Of a DNA stretch of 64,000 nucleotides, positions 61,901-64,000 are shown piece after piece. Origin of the DNA: Puccinia triticina (taxonomy: Eukaryota); assembly GCA_026914245.1 (NCBI GenBank), contig CP110440.1, positions 3,534,001 to 3,598,000 of the forward strand, read 5' to 3'. The position numbers were made by a program, and so were the translations under genes. Position 1 is the first letter of the stretch. Every line of letters begins with the position of its first letter. The notes under the pieces were generated by a model. It ran no database searches. It was given only the letters and a program-made list of their open reading frames with translations, and was not told the DNA's origin.

Positions 61901-62021
61901 TTCCAAGGTCATATGCGTTGATGATATCCTCTTGAGCTGGAGCTGACAGGCTCGGTAGCGCTGGACGAGCTGCCACTCCGCAGGCAAGGTAGCTGATCAG
62001 AAAGCAAATATTTCGTAACAT
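58969..62021 (-). CDS. Large (~950 aa) secreted protein of unknown function, candidate effector
   Basis: Signal peptide MLRNICFLISYLACGVAA-RP. A GTGAGT..CACAG intron (~61357-61285) joins the 235-aa and 769-aa ORFs. The first intron boundaries and the 3' end are approximate. Confidence 0.75.
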
Positions 62022-62875
62022 GACTTTCACAACGGGCTTGGCAATACTTGAAGAGCTTTATAGCTAACTAATTTCTGGATAAGTACTTAAATCCGCTGAA
62101 GGAGGTATTTGACTGGAAAAGACTCATGGGAAGTTCTAAGATGATGTTCGGGTGGTACATCAAGCACTTGCCCATAATCCGAATTGATATTTAGATAAAA
62201 CATCTATCTGCAGAACGCAGTTCACAGTTCAGGTCTGTTCAAGTATCACCGTGCCATCCACACCCTCGTCTCATCATGTAACGTCAAAGCTCCCCGTTTG
62301 AGAGCATCATGATCTTCCCCACGTCAAGGTAAACATGTAACGACAAAGCTCCCCGTTTGAGAGCATAATGATCTTCTAGTATTTCAGAAGTTCCACATAC
62401 TTGAACAGTGATGTCAGGTTTCAAAACTCATGGGTTCTCCATCGTTTCTGTAAACCATCACAAAAAAACAACCCAACGGTTTTCCCTTTTGAATCGGCTG
62501 AAATTGAATACAAGTTGAAGTTACATACAACAACATCAATTACTAATTATTACATACATCAAAAAACCAACAAGAAAGTGTGCAAGTTTGATAATTACAG
62601 AGAGAAAAATGGCACCCCGGGGCAACAGCAGTAGCGCTGGGCGCGCGCTCTGCAGCCAAGTCATCGCAGTCTCGCAGGGATCCAAAAGAGCGGGATCAAA
62701 ATCCCCCAGCGCGCCGCGAAGGCATCATGCCCTATCATGCCTCTTGAAACCCTTCCGACTACGCAGCTGCGGTAGCGAAAGGGGGGCGGACCGCGAGCCT
62801 CCTGGTCAAACCAATCTGCTGGCCCAAACCCTGGAACAGAGCCTCTCGAACGGAGGGTCCGGGCTGTCCCTAAAT

Positions 62876-62940
62876 AATAATTAACACAAGTCCCCCCTGG
62901 TGGGTGACTCGCTGTGGCTGGCCGCGAAGCCGCCCCTCCC
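62876..62940 (+). mobile_element. Probable B-type end of a fourth hairpin-ended element (partial)
   Basis: TTAACACAAGTCCC matches the B-type ends at 47913 and 57734; the partner end is not seen in the window. Confidence 0.45.
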
Positions 62941-64000
62941 TTTTTGAATTTTTATAGCTCCTCCTCCATCCTCTCCACAGATCTGTCCCTGATGCAACTT
63001 ATGCGACATCACTATCCCTACAATTTGACCTTCTCAGATTTTCCCTATCACCAAGCGTTGGTCTTCAATATTTTTTTAAAAAAGTGGAGAATGCTCAAGT
63101 GTTCCAAATTAAGTTCCACCAGTTTGCAACTCCAGGAATCATTTTCAAAATTCTGGCTACAAGAAAGAATAGTGTTTATAGGCAGCTTTGTCTCCCTCTC
63201 ATGTACAATGATGCTGGAGCAAAACTCAGGCCTCCACCAAGACATCTATATACAATTATATTGCATCTGTGCACAAATTGCACACCTTGTTTCAGACACA
63301 AAATATTATACTCCAAATTTGCCTGCCACTCATGACAACTTTTTGGAAATGATTTCAACCAACTATTCTCAATCATTGTAAATTTTTAATAGTGTGAAAC
63401 ATCAACACCCATTGTTCATGCAGCTGCAATTTGTTTAGAAAATTAGGGGGATCCAAAGTTGGCTGGTTGCAACTTGCATACACTTTTGCAAGTTGATGTT
63501 CAAGGCTTTTTGTTAGAACTAGACTTTTTATTGTTGTGAAACCAAAACCAGACTGAGAAACACAAGTTAGAAAAAGAAAAAATAACAGACAGGGAAAATT
63601 GAGAGGGAGTAAGTTTACCACTTGAAGAGATAGATACTATCTAGGCAACCAAAAATCTGAGGAGAGGGAGAGCAGTAAGGAAATAAGAGTGAGGAAGAAG
63701 AGAAGGGACACAGTTCAGCCAAGGCACAAGAGGATTGAGGATTGAGGGTGATTGAGTTTCTGGTGTTGATTCTCACCAAATTGGCAAAAGAGCTGTTTGA
63801 TGCAGAGCAAAGATTGAAGCAGTTTGACAAAGTAAATGAGGAATTAGAAGCGGAAGAGGTGATTTGAAGCGGGGTAGTGGAGATATGTGGAGAGAGGAAG
63901 CAGTGAATGTTTGAGTGTGCAAGTGTCCGCTATTTATGGATGGATCAAGGGTAAGGCAATCCAGGGAGTCAAGACTGTGTGTTGAAAATGGTCCAGGGAT

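Overview
Eukaryotic, intron-rich genomic DNA, most likely from a rust fungus (Pucciniales, Puccinia-like). This is inferred from the proteins, the intron style and the transposon content. I reconstructed gene models by hand for an acetolactate synthase small subunit (ILV6), allantoinase, a Fus3/Kss1-type MAP kinase, ergothioneine synthase EGT1 (with a 9-nt micro-exon), a Rum1-like CDK inhibitor, eIF2-alpha, an IQ+BAG co-chaperone and three signal-peptide proteins (effector candidates). Between the genes lie many, often nested, transposons: Copia remnants, a Helitron, hAT and Tc1/mariner relics and several MITEs. Three items stand out. (1) A family of ~650-750 bp non-autonomous elements with 8-9 bp TSDs and two different branched terminal hairpins, conserved in structure more than sequence. 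(2) A tRNA-Thr-like cloverleaf at the end of an LTR-like segment. (3) A TA-flanked element carrying an intron-containing allantoicase fragment 6 kb from the allantoinase gene. No database searches were run; family names come from motif recognition, and coordinates were counted by eye.
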